Shown: one piece after another, positions 1 to 9,055 of the stretch
Layout of the letters: each line of letters starts with the position of its first letter
Position numbering within the stretch: the stretch's first letter is position 1
NCBI GenBank assembly: GCA_964354145.1
Contig: CAYGXX010000002.1
Location: 1-33,934, forward strand
Length of the DNA stretch: 33,934 nt
Origin: an uncultured Candidatus Saccharibacteria bacterium
GTDB lineage: Bacteria; Patescibacteriota; Kazan-3B-28; UBA10110
Direction of reading: 5' to 3'
Program-made: the position numbers and the translations under genes
Notes under the pieces: model-generated
The model's database searches: none
Seen by the model: the letters and a program-made list of their open reading frames with translations, nothing else
Told to the model about the DNA's origin: nothing

Positions 1-185
1 GGGAAAGGTCCAATCCAGAATTTATGCCACGGAACTTGATGGGCAAAAAACTGGCTTGTCCAGAATCTTACAGATTGATATTTTATACGATTCTGGGGTG
101 CGCTCCGCTTACCAGAATGACGATAGTGGAGAAAATAGCCAGGGAGGGAAAAGTTTTATACAATAGAGGAAGTTAATCAAGAGAT

Positions 186-1967
186 ATGGCTAAACAAACT
201 AGACAACACAAAACAGATAAACACAGTAAATTGGCTACATTGCGCCACTCCGCTTCCCACATCCTGGCTGCGGCAGTAGTGGAGATGTTCCCGGAAGCTA
301 GACTCGGGATTGGCCCTGCCACCGAAGACGGATTTTACTATGATTTTGAACTGCCTCGTCCGCTGATACCGGAAGATCTACCCCTTATTGAAACCAAAAT
401 GAAAGAACTAATTGCCAAAGATCTGCCATTCGAAAAAACCACCCTGGCTATTGATGACGCTATCAACAAATCACAAGCCACTCCCCAAATTTATAAAACC
501 GAACTGATGCAAGATTTGAAAAAAGCGGGGGAGACTCAAATTACTTTTTACCAAAGCGGCGAATTCATAGACCTCTGCGAAGGACCGCATGTGAAATCAA
601 CCAAAGAAATCGGGGCAGTTAAGTTGCTGTCTATCGCCGGCGCTTATTGGCGCGGGGATGAACACAATCCGCAGCTCACACGTATTTATGGCACCGCTTT
701 CCCCACTCAAAAAGAACTGGATGAATATCTCGTTATGTTAGAAGAGGCTAAAAAAAGAGACCACCGCAAATTAGGCAAAGATTTAGAGATATTTACTTTT
801 GATGATGATATCGGTCCCGGATTGCCGCTGTGGCTGCCTAATGGAGCCATTATTATCGAACTATTAGAAAAACTAGCCAAAAAGACCGAAGCGGAATCTG
901 GTTATGTCCAAGTGCGTACCCCCCATATTGCCAAGGAGTCCCTGTACCGTACTTCTGGGCATCTTCCCTATTACGAAGATAGCATGTTCCCACCAATGGA
1001 GCTGGAGGGAATCAAATACTACCTCAAGGCGATGAACTGCCCGCACCACCACAAAATCTTTGCCGCTATCCCCCGCAGCTACCGCGATCTTCCTCTGCGC
1101 CTGGCTGAATACGGCACCTGTTACCGCTACGAAAAATCCGGCGAACTATTTGGCTTAATGCGCGTTAGAATGCTCTCGATGAATGACGCTCACATTTATT
1201 GCACTCCGGAACAATTCGCTGAGGAATTTCAGGCTGTCAACCAAATGTATATTAAATATTTTAAACTTTTTGGCATTAAAAAATATGTGATGCGCTTTTC
1301 CACTCACGCGCCGGAGGGCTTAGGTAAAAAATACGTCAACGAACCCGAGCTCTGGCAAAAGACTGAAACAATGGTAAGACAAGTACTTAAGGATGCTAAG
1401 ATCCCCTTTGTGGAAGCTGCGGACGAAGCTGCATTTTACGGCCCCAAAATTGACGTACAGGTTTGGAGTGCTATCGGTCGGGAATTCTCCCTGGCTACCA
1501 ACCAAGTGGATTTTGCCGTGCCAAAACGCTTCGGGCTAACCTATGTGGAGGCTAACGGCCAAGCCGCCACTCCTTTATGTATCCACCGGGCTCCCTTGGG
1601 GACCCACGAAAGACTCGTTGGGTTCCTCTTAGAGCACTACGCAGGTCTCCTGCCCTTCTGGTTGGCTCCTGTGCAAGCCATCATCCTGCCAATTAGCGAT
1701 CAATTCAACGACTACGCTCAAACCGTAGCCAAGCAATTAATTAAGAAAGGTTATCGGGTTAGTTTAGATAGCCGCAACGAATCATTAGGCCGCAAGATCC
1801 GCGATGCCGAGCTCAAAAAAATCCCCTTTATGTTGGTAGTGGGAGAGAAAGAAATGGCGACCGCTAGTGTGGCTATTCGACAATTGCAATCCGAGGAACA
1901 ATTAGTTAAGACTATTCCTGAGACTGTCAAACTATTTCGCAAACAACGCTCACCCCTAAGGCGATGA
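186..1967 (+). CDS. thrS: threonyl-tRNA synthetase, short form without N-terminal TGS domain
   Basis: 593-aa ORF. It begins directly in the editing-domain His motif (LRHSASHILAAAV). Class II catalytic motifs are present (YRDLPLRLAEYGTCYRYE, MRVRMLSMNDAHIY, FYGPKIDVQV), as is the C-terminal anticodon-binding domain (LAPVQAIILPISD). Collinear with E. coli ThrRS from about residue 70 onward (recalled alignment). Confidence 0.95.
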   Translation: MAKQTRQHKTDKHSKLATLRHSASHILAAAVVEMFPEARLGIGPATEDGFYYDFELPRPLIPEDLPLIETKMKELIAKDLPFEKTTLAIDDAINKSQATPQIYKTELMQDLKKAGETQITFYQSGEFIDLCEGPHVKSTKEIGAVKLLSIAGAYWRGDEHNPQLTRIYGTAFPTQKELDEYLVMLEEAKKRDHRKLGKDLEIFTFDDDIGPGLPLWLPNGAIIIELLEKLAKKTEAESGYVQVRTPHIAKESLYRTSGHLPYYEDSMFPPMELEGIKYYLKAMNCPHHHKIFAAIPRSYRDLPLRLAEYGTCYRYEKSGELFGLMRVRMLSMNDAHIYCTPEQFAEEFQAVNQMYIKYFKLFGIKKYVMRFSTHAPEGLGKKYVNEPELWQKTETMVRQVLKDAKIPFVEAADEAAFYGPKIDVQVWSAIGREFSLATNQVDFAVPKRFGLTYVEANGQAATPLCIHRAPLGTHERLVGFLLEHYAGLLPFWLAPVQAIILPISDQFNDYAQTVAKQLIKKGYRVSLDSRNESLGRKIRDAELKKIPFMLVVGEKEMATASVAIRQLQSEEQLVKTIPETVKLFRKQRSPLRR

Positions 1968-2134
1968 GGAAGAAGACCAAAGATACGAATGAGCTTGATA
2001 TCCATGCCGAAAAGCGAGACAAGAAGCTGCGCAAAGAACACCACCTGACCGATAATCGTAAAAGCATACAACTTATTACCCGATTATCTTCTACTCCTAG
2101 ACATAGGAAAAAATCCTCGCCCCGTTAGAAATTT

Positions 2135-2214
2135 AACCCCTCCTTGCCTCCCCTTATCTTAAGGGAAGGGGAAAATAATAATCCCCCTCTTAAGATAAGA
2201 GGGGTTAAGGGAGT
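2135..2214. repeat. family C palindromic elements (CCCCT-rich arm, TTA..TAA loop, AGGGG-rich arm), two adjacent hairpins
   Basis: ccccttatcttaaggg and ccccctcttaagataagagggg hairpins in the thrS-miaA spacer. Related copies at 3941-4040, 9347-9393 and 11762-11807. Confidence 0.7.
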
Positions 2215-2275
2215 TATGAGAGAATATAAGACTAAACAGCTAATTATTTTATTTACTGAACAAAAATATTAATTG

Positions 2276-3184
2276 ATGGGAATTTCTAAGCGGGGTAAAG
2301 CCGTTGTGATTGTGGGGCCTACCTCCTCGGGCAAAACCGAGCTGTCTTTGCGTTTAGCAAAAAAATTCCACGGGATAGTTATTTCGGCTGATTCGCGGCA
2401 GATTTATAAGGAAATGGACATCGCCACCGCCAAAACGACCCGCGCCCAGCAACGGGGCATTCCACATTATATGATTGATGTTCTAAGCCCGGATGAAGAG
2501 TTTAGCCTGGCTAACTATCAAAACACCGTTAATAACCTTCTGTGCTCCATCGCCAAGGACAACCTAAGGCGCAGCCGGCCGATTATCCCATTCATTGTCG
2601 GCGGGACTGGTTTGTACATCAAATCGGTTATTGACGGGTACCGGCTTCCCTTGATCCCTCCCAACCCTGCTCTGCGCGCCCAGTTAGACCAGCTTCCTAT
2701 CTCCGATTTGGCCTCTAGGCTCAAAGAGCTTGATCCTACAGCTAAGGTCGATATCCATAACAAAAGACGTCTTATCCGCGCCTTAGAAATCCTGCAGAGT
2801 CGGCCAGGGAGAGTTCTCTCCTCCTCTCAGCCACCCGACTATGAGTTCTTACAGATCGGCATCTCCCGCCCGCGCCCAGAGATTAAACAGCGAATCGCAG
2901 AAAAAATAGCCGAGATGTATAAAAATGGGTTGGTCAAGGAAACCAAAAAACTACTGGCTAAGGGATACGATTTCACCAAGCCGGCTTTCTCGGCTCATGG
3001 TTATAAGCATATCCGCGATTACCTGCAGCATAAAATTACTCTGCATGAGGCACTGGACCGGATGCGGCAAGACACCCAAAGATACGCCAAGCGCCAAATG
3101 ACCTGGTTTAAAGCCGATCCGCGCATCCACTGGGTCACCGACTACCAAGAGGCCGAAAGCCTCATTCAAAGCTTTTTACGGTAA
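2276..3184 (+). CDS. miaA: tRNA dimethylallyltransferase (IPP transferase)
   Basis: P-loop GPTSSGKTELS, then SADSRQIYKEMDIATAK and GGTGLY motifs. Length ~300 aa. The ATG at 2276 is preferred over the in-frame TTG at 2273. Confidence 0.93.
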   Translation: MGISKRGKAVVIVGPTSSGKTELSLRLAKKFHGIVISADSRQIYKEMDIATAKTTRAQQRGIPHYMIDVLSPDEEFSLANYQNTVNNLLCSIAKDNLRRSRPIIPFIVGGTGLYIKSVIDGYRLPLIPPNPALRAQLDQLPISDLASRLKELDPTAKVDIHNKRRLIRALEILQSRPGRVLSSSQPPDYEFLQIGISRPRPEIKQRIAEKIAEMYKNGLVKETKKLLAKGYDFTKPAFSAHGYKHIRDYLQHKITLHEALDRMRQDTQRYAKRQMTWFKADPRIHWVTDYQEAESLIQSFLR

Positions 3185-3903
3185 GACCCCCGAAGAAGGT
3201 TCCATTTAACCTTCAATAGGTCACGCAACGTTCGGAGGGCATCCCGGCCGGCCCGCACTTTGCTGGCGCTATCGTTGTACCAATCGATACCCACTTCTTT
3301 AAAGGGATACCCAAGGTAGCGGGCAATAGCCAGTGCTTCAAAATCAAAACCAAACCGACTAATTGTTACTCGGCTAAAAATTTCCTGCGCCGGCAAGCGC
3401 TGAAATAATTTAAACCCACATTGGGTATCGTAAACTCCCGGCACCGCTAACCATCTAATTAATAAATTGCTGAGGCGACTCAAAATCGCTCTGTGTCTGG
3501 CTTGCGGGATATGAATCTTAGCCCCCGGACAATGCCGGGAGCCAATCACTACCGGATACTGTTCAATATAAGGCAGCAGTTTGGCAATCTGTTCAATCGG
3601 GGTGGCATTATCAGCATCGGCGAATAAAATATGTTGCCCTCGAGCGGAGAGCACCCCCTCTCGCACCACCGCCCCCTTGCCTCGGTTTACTGAATTGGAA
3701 AGTAGCTTTAGTTGCGGCCAGTCTCGAGCAATAGTATCAACTATTTTGTTAGTGATATCAGTGCTTCCATCATCAACCACTAAAACCTCATAGGAGAAAG
3801 TTTGTCTATCTAAAAACTTTCGCAGTTCAGCCAAAGTTTTGCCGATCCGCCGCTCCTCATTATAGGTAGGGATTATTACTGATATATAGATACTCTCGTT
3901 CAT
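3166..3903 (-). CDS. GT2 family polyprenyl-phosphate glycosyltransferase (GtrB / dolichyl-phosphate glucosyltransferase-like)
   Basis: ISVIIPTYNEE, VLVVDDGSTD, NRGKGAVV and FADADNATP motifs of GT-A/GT2 enzymes. The ATG at 3903 (MNESIY) is preferred over the GTG at 3930. The 3' end overlaps the convergent miaA by 19 nt. Confidence 0.85.
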   Translation of the reverse strand: MNESIYISVIIPTYNEERRIGKTLAELRKFLDRQTFSYEVLVVDDGSTDITNKIVDTIARDWPQLKLLSNSVNRGKGAVVREGVLSARGQHILFADADNATPIEQIAKLLPYIEQYPVVIGSRHCPGAKIHIPQARHRAILSRLSNLLIRWLAVPGVYDTQCGFKLFQRLPAQEIFSRVTISRFGFDFEALAIARYLGYPFKEVGIDWYNDSASKVRAGRDALRTLRDLLKVKWNLLRGSYRKKL

Positions 3904-3940
3904 CACTGTTTCATTATCGCAAAGGATCACCTTTTCATAA

Positions 3941-4040
3941 CCCCCCTCCCTGTCTCATAACTCCCCTTCCCCTCTTATCTTAAGAGGGGCTACTATTCTT
4001 CTCCTCCCCTTAAAATAAGGGGAGGAAGGGAGGGGTTAGG
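3941..4040. repeat. family C palindromic elements, two hairpins
   Basis: cccctcttatcttaagagggg and ctcctccccttaaaataaggggaggaagggagggg, lying between the GT2 start and the methyltransferase stop. Confidence 0.7.
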
Positions 4041-4745
4041 TTATTTAGGGGCGACAAAGAAAATATTAGTAATAGTGGGGTAAATCTTTATTTTACTGAA
4101 TTTCGTGTTCAATAAGTCTTTTAGTTCGCCAACAGACATCTCATTGTGGAAAGGCTCTCTAATTTTATAGTTTCTGGTGTTGGAATGATAAGTAATGCTT
4201 AGGAAACGAAGCTTCCAGAACAATGATTTCCGAGGGACTGAACCAACAAATACCCCTCCATTTTTAAGCACTCGATAGATTTCGCCCACTACCTTTTCTG
4301 GATAAATCAAGTGTTCCAATACTTCGGCGGCTACCACTAAATCAAAGGTGCCATCGGGGTAAGGGATGCCTTCCTCCACATCACATAACTGGCCTTTTGC
4401 CCCCGGCACGTATTTCTTCAAGCGCTCTAAATTGCGCGGATTTAGATCCAAGCCCACCGAGCCAGCCGGTAAATGCCGTAAAATCAAACCTGTCCCACAA
4501 CCTACCTCCAGAGCCACCGGGTTATTTTTGAGATAAGGACATAATAATTTCAGCAACCACCATTCCCGGTATTTATGCAAAAAACTTTCTGGTCCCCGCA
4601 AGTTGTCAGCCGTATCGGTCCAATCGTAGGTTTCCACTTCCTGATAGTACCGATTGGTCAGCGCCTTGTAATCTGACCAGCTTAACTCTGGGGGTTTGCT
4701 TTTCAGTATCTCCCGTTTATATGATGGATGGTTTACGTTGTCCAA
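4041..4745 (-). CDS. class I SAM-dependent methyltransferase
   Basis: Motif I ALEVGCGTGLIL, motif II/III FDLVVAAEVLEHL, and LKNGGVFV. Apparent TTG start that overlaps the upstream gene by 29 nt. Confidence 0.8.
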   Translation of the reverse strand: MDNVNHPSYKREILKSKPPELSWSDYKALTNRYYQEVETYDWTDTADNLRGPESFLHKYREWWLLKLLCPYLKNNPVALEVGCGTGLILRHLPAGSVGLDLNPRNLERLKKYVPGAKGQLCDVEEGIPYPDGTFDLVVAAEVLEHLIYPEKVVGEIYRVLKNGGVFVGSVPRKSLFWKLRFLSITYHSNTRNYKIREPFHNEMSVGELKDLLNTKFSKIKIYPTITNIFFVAPK

Positions 4746-6069
4746 AGATAATAAATTTATAGGTTAAGAAATTCCAGGTCCAGACAACAAAAACTGATAC
4801 AACCTTAACTATATTATAGCGCCAGCCAAACGCCAATCCTGCCCAGTAAGTTTCCGAGGCGGGCAGACCATACTTAATGATCAGGGTGGAAATGCCCAAG
4901 CCGAGCAGATTAACTGCCATGAACAAGCCGAACTGCTGCAAACTCTTTGCTCTCTTATCCTGAAAAGTCCAATATTTAGTAAAAAAATAGCTGTTAGTGA
5001 CTGCCAGCGAAAAAGAAACCACATTCGCCGGCAAGACCGCCCAATGTAATACCTGCACCAGCAAATTCAACACCCCAAAATCTATTGCGGTATTGCCTAG
5101 CCCAACGATGGCGAATTTAATAACTTGATAACTAATTTTAAAATAATGTAACCCCTCGATGCGTTTCCAGAAAGGAAACTTACTCAGGGAATAAGAATGA
5201 TGATAATGCCTCAACTCCGCTCGGCAAATATTATTCCCCGAGCTTGTCGAGGGGTTACCATTATCTTTTCGCGCTAATACCACAATACTGCTACCGAAAG
5301 GAAATTTAGCAACTCTTAACCAGCCGGCTTCAGCTTTTCCTAGCCCAATCAAAATATTATTTACCCACTGAGGTACCGGGATATACTGCTGGGCATCCTG
5401 ATGGGAATATCTAGCCAACCAGCGTTGAATGAAAAACAAAGGGAAAGTCCCACAAAAAATATAGGACGCAAAGATCGGTTGGAAACCATATTGTTTTAAT
5501 AATTTTATTAATTCGGGCAGCGAATATCTTCGATAATGTCCCAATGCCCTATCATGGGGGCCAAATAACCACTGACAGGCTGGTACTGATATAAATAATA
5601 AGCCACGGGAGCACAAAACTCTCCCCCACTCCCCTAATGCGCGCTCTTCCTCTGATAAATGTTCTAAAACATCAAAGGCAGCAACTAAATCAAACACCTG
5701 ATCTTCAAACGGCAAATCCTCTGCCCTCCCCAACACAGCAGTTCCTTTTTGGCTGGCCAATTCAACCGCCAACTCGCTGGTATCCACTCCCGCCACTTTG
5801 CCAAATTTGCCCAGCCACTGGAAATTCTCCCCCGTCCCGCACCCCACATCTAAAATACGCCTCCCGTCATGCTGAACTTGTTTCAGCATCTCTAAACCAA
5901 TATTTTTGGATGTCAGTGATGGAGATCCTGAAATAAATTCAGGATGACGGATAGCAGGCAAAAATCGGTTTAGAATGGATTCCAAAATCATCCGGCGGGC
6001 AATATGCCACCAGTAGGTTTGTTCTTCCTCTCGCAATCGCTGAATTTCCTGGTTATCCATACCTGACAA
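4717..6069 (-). CDS. fusion protein: N-terminal class I SAM methyltransferase plus C-terminal GtrA-like 4-TM domain
   Basis: N-terminal half has ILDVGCGTGENF and FDLVAAFDVLEHL. C-terminal ~130 aa has IKFAIVGLGNTAIDFGVLNLLV, YWTFQD and FLTYKFIIF, typical of GtrA-family flippase-like proteins. Three palindromic elements are translated in frame (see repeats at 5236 and 5865). Confidence 0.75.
   Translation of the reverse strand: MSGMDNQEIQRLREEEQTYWWHIARRMILESILNRFLPAIRHPEFISGSPSLTSKNIGLEMLKQVQHDGRRILDVGCGTGENFQWLGKFGKVAGVDTSELAVELASQKGTAVLGRAEDLPFEDQVFDLVAAFDVLEHLSEEERALGEWGRVLCSRGLLFISVPACQWLFGPHDRALGHYRRYSLPELIKLLKQYGFQPIFASYIFCGTFPLFFIQRWLARYSHQDAQQYIPVPQWVNNILIGLGKAEAGWLRVAKFPFGSSIVVLARKDNGNPSTSSGNNICRAELRHYHHSYSLSKFPFWKRIEGLHYFKISYQVIKFAIVGLGNTAIDFGVLNLLVQVLHWAVLPANVVSFSLAVTNSYFFTKYWTFQDKRAKSLQQFGLFMAVNLLGLGISTLIIKYGLPASETYWAGLAFGWRYNIVKVVSVFVVWTWNFLTYKFIIFGQRKPSII
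5236..5254. repeat. palindrome ccccgagcttgtcgagggg, located exactly at the methyltransferase/GtrA domain junction
   Basis: Perfect 8-bp arms. Translated as NPSTSSGNN in the linker of the 450-aa fusion ORF. A related copy ccttcgacaagctcaggg is intergenic at 10647-10664. Confidence 0.65.
5865..5948. repeat. two GTCAT..ATGAC-bounded palindromic elements (family B) inside a CDS
   Basis: cgtcatgctgaacttgtttcagcatctc (5865-5892) and gagatcctgaaataaattcaggatgac (5922-5948). Translated in frame as RHPEFISGSP...LEMLKQVQHDG, just upstream of SAM motif I. Confidence 0.75.
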
Positions 6070-6126
6070 TTATATCAGGTTAGGGGCAACCACAAAGTAA
6101 TCAATATAGGTACTCGTATAGTTATT

Positions 6127-9042
6127 TCACGTTAGAGTAATAGTGATGCTGCCTGCATAATCACCAACATTTTTGGCATTATAAATCCGTATAGTCGGCA
6201 GCTGAGTAAATCCTCCTAAGCCATCCTTGCCACTGCCAGCCACCGAGGCAGCGGTCACCGCCGCATCCATATAATCCCCCGATTGAGTAGCAATATTGGT
6301 GATCGGCGCGGCATACAGCCCGGTGATGCTATCGCTAATCCAATACATATTATCTTTGGTGATAGTTGAATCGCCATCATACAATTCCGTAGTAACCGCG
6401 GCTGTGCAGGACCAACCCGCACTATTACCGCCCGTTACCCCTCGATTATCCCTAATAGTAATCTCTTCGCCAAGATCAAATGTATATGAATGGTAGGGAC
6501 TGCTGCCAATCTGCCAACTGCCTAAATACACCGCGGAGGGGGCGCTAACGGTCAAATCATAAGACGCGGCGGTCCTAAGAGAAGGATAGCTTTTGCCGCT
6601 ACCTAAAGGAATATCTGCTACCAAAATCTCATCGCGGATATTGAAGTAGTAGATGGTATTGGCATCAGCACTATAATTTTCAATACAATATTCAAATTCC
6701 GTGGTCGTGCTAGCCCGGTGATCAGAGAAGCTGGGGCCGTTTGAATTGCTTTCATTGTGAATCCCCCGATAGTCGGGGTCAGAACCATTCAGAAGCGCTG
6801 AAGGCAGAGTAACATTATCGTCGCCACCCCCGCCACTATAATAACGGAATGGGAAAAGAGTATCTGAAGTTGATCCCACGTTGGTCCAATTTACTTGGTC
6901 GGTACCAAACTGCAAAACCTTGCGGCTGTCGTTTTCGCCTACCCCTGCTGTTTCGGTCAGGTTAATCCGGAGTTTAAGTGGAATGGATTTGCCCATTTCT
7001 ATTTGGGGAGGGGCGGTGTTTTCAGCGGCATATGCCGTCAAAGGGGTGGCGTTAATTTCATCGGCGTACCACTGCCAGTTATTGATTTTAGGGGTATACC
7101 CATTTATCGTCACTGCTGCTTGAGTAACGGGGTAGGTATCAAAGGCGCTGCCATTATCATTAGCGCGGATATCATATTTCTTGGTGGCGCCGGAACCTAT
7201 AAGCGACCATTCGTATTCAGTAAAATTCCATCTTATCATGGTCGTGTCGCCGGCTGGACTGCCAGTTTCTTCCATCTCTCCCGCCGTAAAATCATAGCCA
7301 GTTTGATCAGTTAATTGCCTGGTGGTAACAGTGGCATCAGCAAATTGATCTGATGCCCGGATTTTAATAGGGGCGGCAGAAGTAGTAATTTCTATCCAAG
7401 ACCCGGGCGGTGAATTAACTCGATATTCTAATTTAGGTTGTAGGGTATCTGATTCTGTCCCGTTGTTGCGGATCTGAATGCGCAAGCGAAAATTAACAGT
7501 AGTGCTCGCATCATAGGTAGCCGCAGTATCTATAGCGATGGCGCCATTTTTATCCGTCCAAGCATCGTGGGTTTCATCATCATTATCCTCGTCAAACCAA
7601 TAACTGGTCTGCTCATAAATCGCCGCCCGCCAAGAAAGTGCCGCCGGGCTAGAGGCATAATTCATCGGCGGCATCACGCAACTATCATAAAGAGTGGCGG
7701 AGGGAGTGGCGGGGTTGTCGCCAAAACGGTGGGCGACCCCAGCCGTATTAGCACCCGGGTTAATGGTTACAAAATTCCACTCCGCTACTAATCGCTCGCC
7801 GGCAGAAATGGTTGCCGCCGATCCAGACCAAGTCATCTCTATTTGGCTATTATTAACACCCGATATCCAATTGGTTCCGCTGTTGGCTACGGCGATAATC
7901 GTATCCCCGATCGTGTCATCGGCATCCCAAGTGTAGATCATCCCCCGCAATTGGGCATTAACCGCTGCATTATCAGTGGTGCCATGGACATGGATGAGCC
8001 AAACACCCGCGGGAATGGTTTGGGCCGCCAAAGGCGGCGAAATAAAGGTATTCATCCTATAATTGTAACTGCCACTGCCAGTAGTGGTAGTAGTGTGGAT
8101 ATTAGCTTCCACTCCGCTACCCGGAACTGTGCTCATCCTGCGCGCATCCAAAGTACTGGTTTCAAAACTATCGCCAGTTTGCGAAGCATTCGGTCCTGGT
8201 TCAGGAGGAACCGAGGTATTAGTAAAATAGATGGGGTCAGAAGTATCCACCGTGGTCCCGCCAATAGTAAGATAACTGGCTGGATTGAGATTGGCAGTAT
8301 CCTCCGCTACTACTACATTCCCGCCCCAGCGCACAGTACAACTACGAGAAGTGGCGTTGGAATCGTTCAACAACCAAACCTCCACTGCCAAAAAATCATT
8401 ATTATCGCTAGTGTAGGTAGTAGAGGCGCCTATCGTATTAGTAACTGTCGTGATTCTCCCTTGATCCGTAGCCCCTGCTTCAACTCCGCTGGTAGGACCA
8501 GCCAACATATCCTCCATATGATTGTCAACGGAGTCATAAACATACACATAATATCGCGGGAGCATATTAGCGGCGGGATTGCTTTCATCAAAGGACATTC
8601 CGACCTTAAAAGTGGTACTGTCACCGTTAAATACTGTGTTGATAGCCAGCGGCATAATAAACGTTCGTACCCACATATAATGGGCAGTGTCGTTAACAGC
8701 TTCAGTAACAACTATATTATCTGATGTGTCTGAAACAGCATTAGTAACAGGCCCCGCCACCGGCGCCATTGTATAAGCCGTGGTGCTACCACTAACGGCT
8801 TCTTCACTGGTGTCCGAACTGAATTCCGCCGTCGGACCTGTCACGCCAAAGGCGCCAGTGGCAGTCCGGATATCGCTTTTAAAATAAAAAGTAGTCTGGC
8901 TGGCAGACTGGGCTTCAGTCTTTTTGGGATTCAGCACCGTCACGCTCAAGTCACTGATATCCCAACGCAGCAGAGAAATGCTGGTCGTAAAGACCAACAG
9001 CCAACTAATACCAGCAAGAATAGGTTTGTAGCGGCGACGCAT
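6127..9042 (-). CDS. 971-aa secreted/anchored surface protein, modular head plus C-terminal WxL-like domain (locus A giant)
   Basis: N-terminal hydrophobic signal/anchor (ILAGISWLLVFTTSISLL). T/S/N/G-rich and Cys-poor. The last ~140 aa follow the WxL-type pattern (TVSAPSAVYLGSW..ITIRDNRG..AGWSCTAAV..VGDYAGSITITLT-stop). Confidence 0.85.
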   Translation of the reverse strand: MRRRYKPILAGISWLLVFTTSISLLRWDISDLSVTVLNPKKTEAQSASQTTFYFKSDIRTATGAFGVTGPTAEFSSDTSEEAVSGSTTAYTMAPVAGPVTNAVSDTSDNIVVTEAVNDTAHYMWVRTFIMPLAINTVFNGDSTTFKVGMSFDESNPAANMLPRYYVYVYDSVDNHMEDMLAGPTSGVEAGATDQGRITTVTNTIGASTTYTSDNNDFLAVEVWLLNDSNATSRSCTVRWGGNVVVAEDTANLNPASYLTIGGTTVDTSDPIYFTNTSVPPEPGPNASQTGDSFETSTLDARRMSTVPGSGVEANIHTTTTTGSGSYNYRMNTFISPPLAAQTIPAGVWLIHVHGTTDNAAVNAQLRGMIYTWDADDTIGDTIIAVANSGTNWISGVNNSQIEMTWSGSAATISAGERLVAEWNFVTINPGANTAGVAHRFGDNPATPSATLYDSCVMPPMNYASSPAALSWRAAIYEQTSYWFDEDNDDETHDAWTDKNGAIAIDTAATYDASTTVNFRLRIQIRNNGTESDTLQPKLEYRVNSPPGSWIEITTSAAPIKIRASDQFADATVTTRQLTDQTGYDFTAGEMEETGSPAGDTTMIRWNFTEYEWSLIGSGATKKYDIRANDNGSAFDTYPVTQAAVTINGYTPKINNWQWYADEINATPLTAYAAENTAPPQIEMGKSIPLKLRINLTETAGVGENDSRKVLQFGTDQVNWTNVGSTSDTLFPFRYYSGGGGDDNVTLPSALLNGSDPDYRGIHNESNSNGPSFSDHRASTTTEFEYCIENYSADANTIYYFNIRDEILVADIPLGSGKSYPSLRTAASYDLTVSAPSAVYLGSWQIGSSPYHSYTFDLGEEITIRDNRGVTGGNSAGWSCTAAVTTELYDGDSTITKDNMYWISDSITGLYAAPITNIATQSGDYMDAAVTAASVAGSGKDGLGGFTQLPTIRIYNAKNVGDYAGSITITLT

Positions 9043-9055
9043 AAATTACTTTACT

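Noticed and set aside
2-166. Open frame running in from the left edge (GKVQSRIYATELDGQKTGLSRILQ...)
   Set aside because: It is only ~54 codons with no recognisable motif, and it contains palindromic-element-like sequence (ccagaatgacg). It could be the 3' end of an upstream gene, but that cannot be supported from this fragment. It does not look like a missing ThrRS TGS domain.
1751-2071. 106-aa minus-strand ORF overlapping the thrS 3' end
   Set aside because: It is antisense to the conserved ThrRS anticodon-binding domain and has no motifs.
7843-8724. 293-aa plus-strand ORF, and several 66-139-aa ORFs (6296-8711), antisense to the 971-aa gene
   Set aside because: They lie entirely within a much longer, coherent minus-strand CDS. 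Their translations are R/G/S/I-rich low-complexity sequences without motifs, typical shadow ORFs of a T/S/N/G-rich gene.
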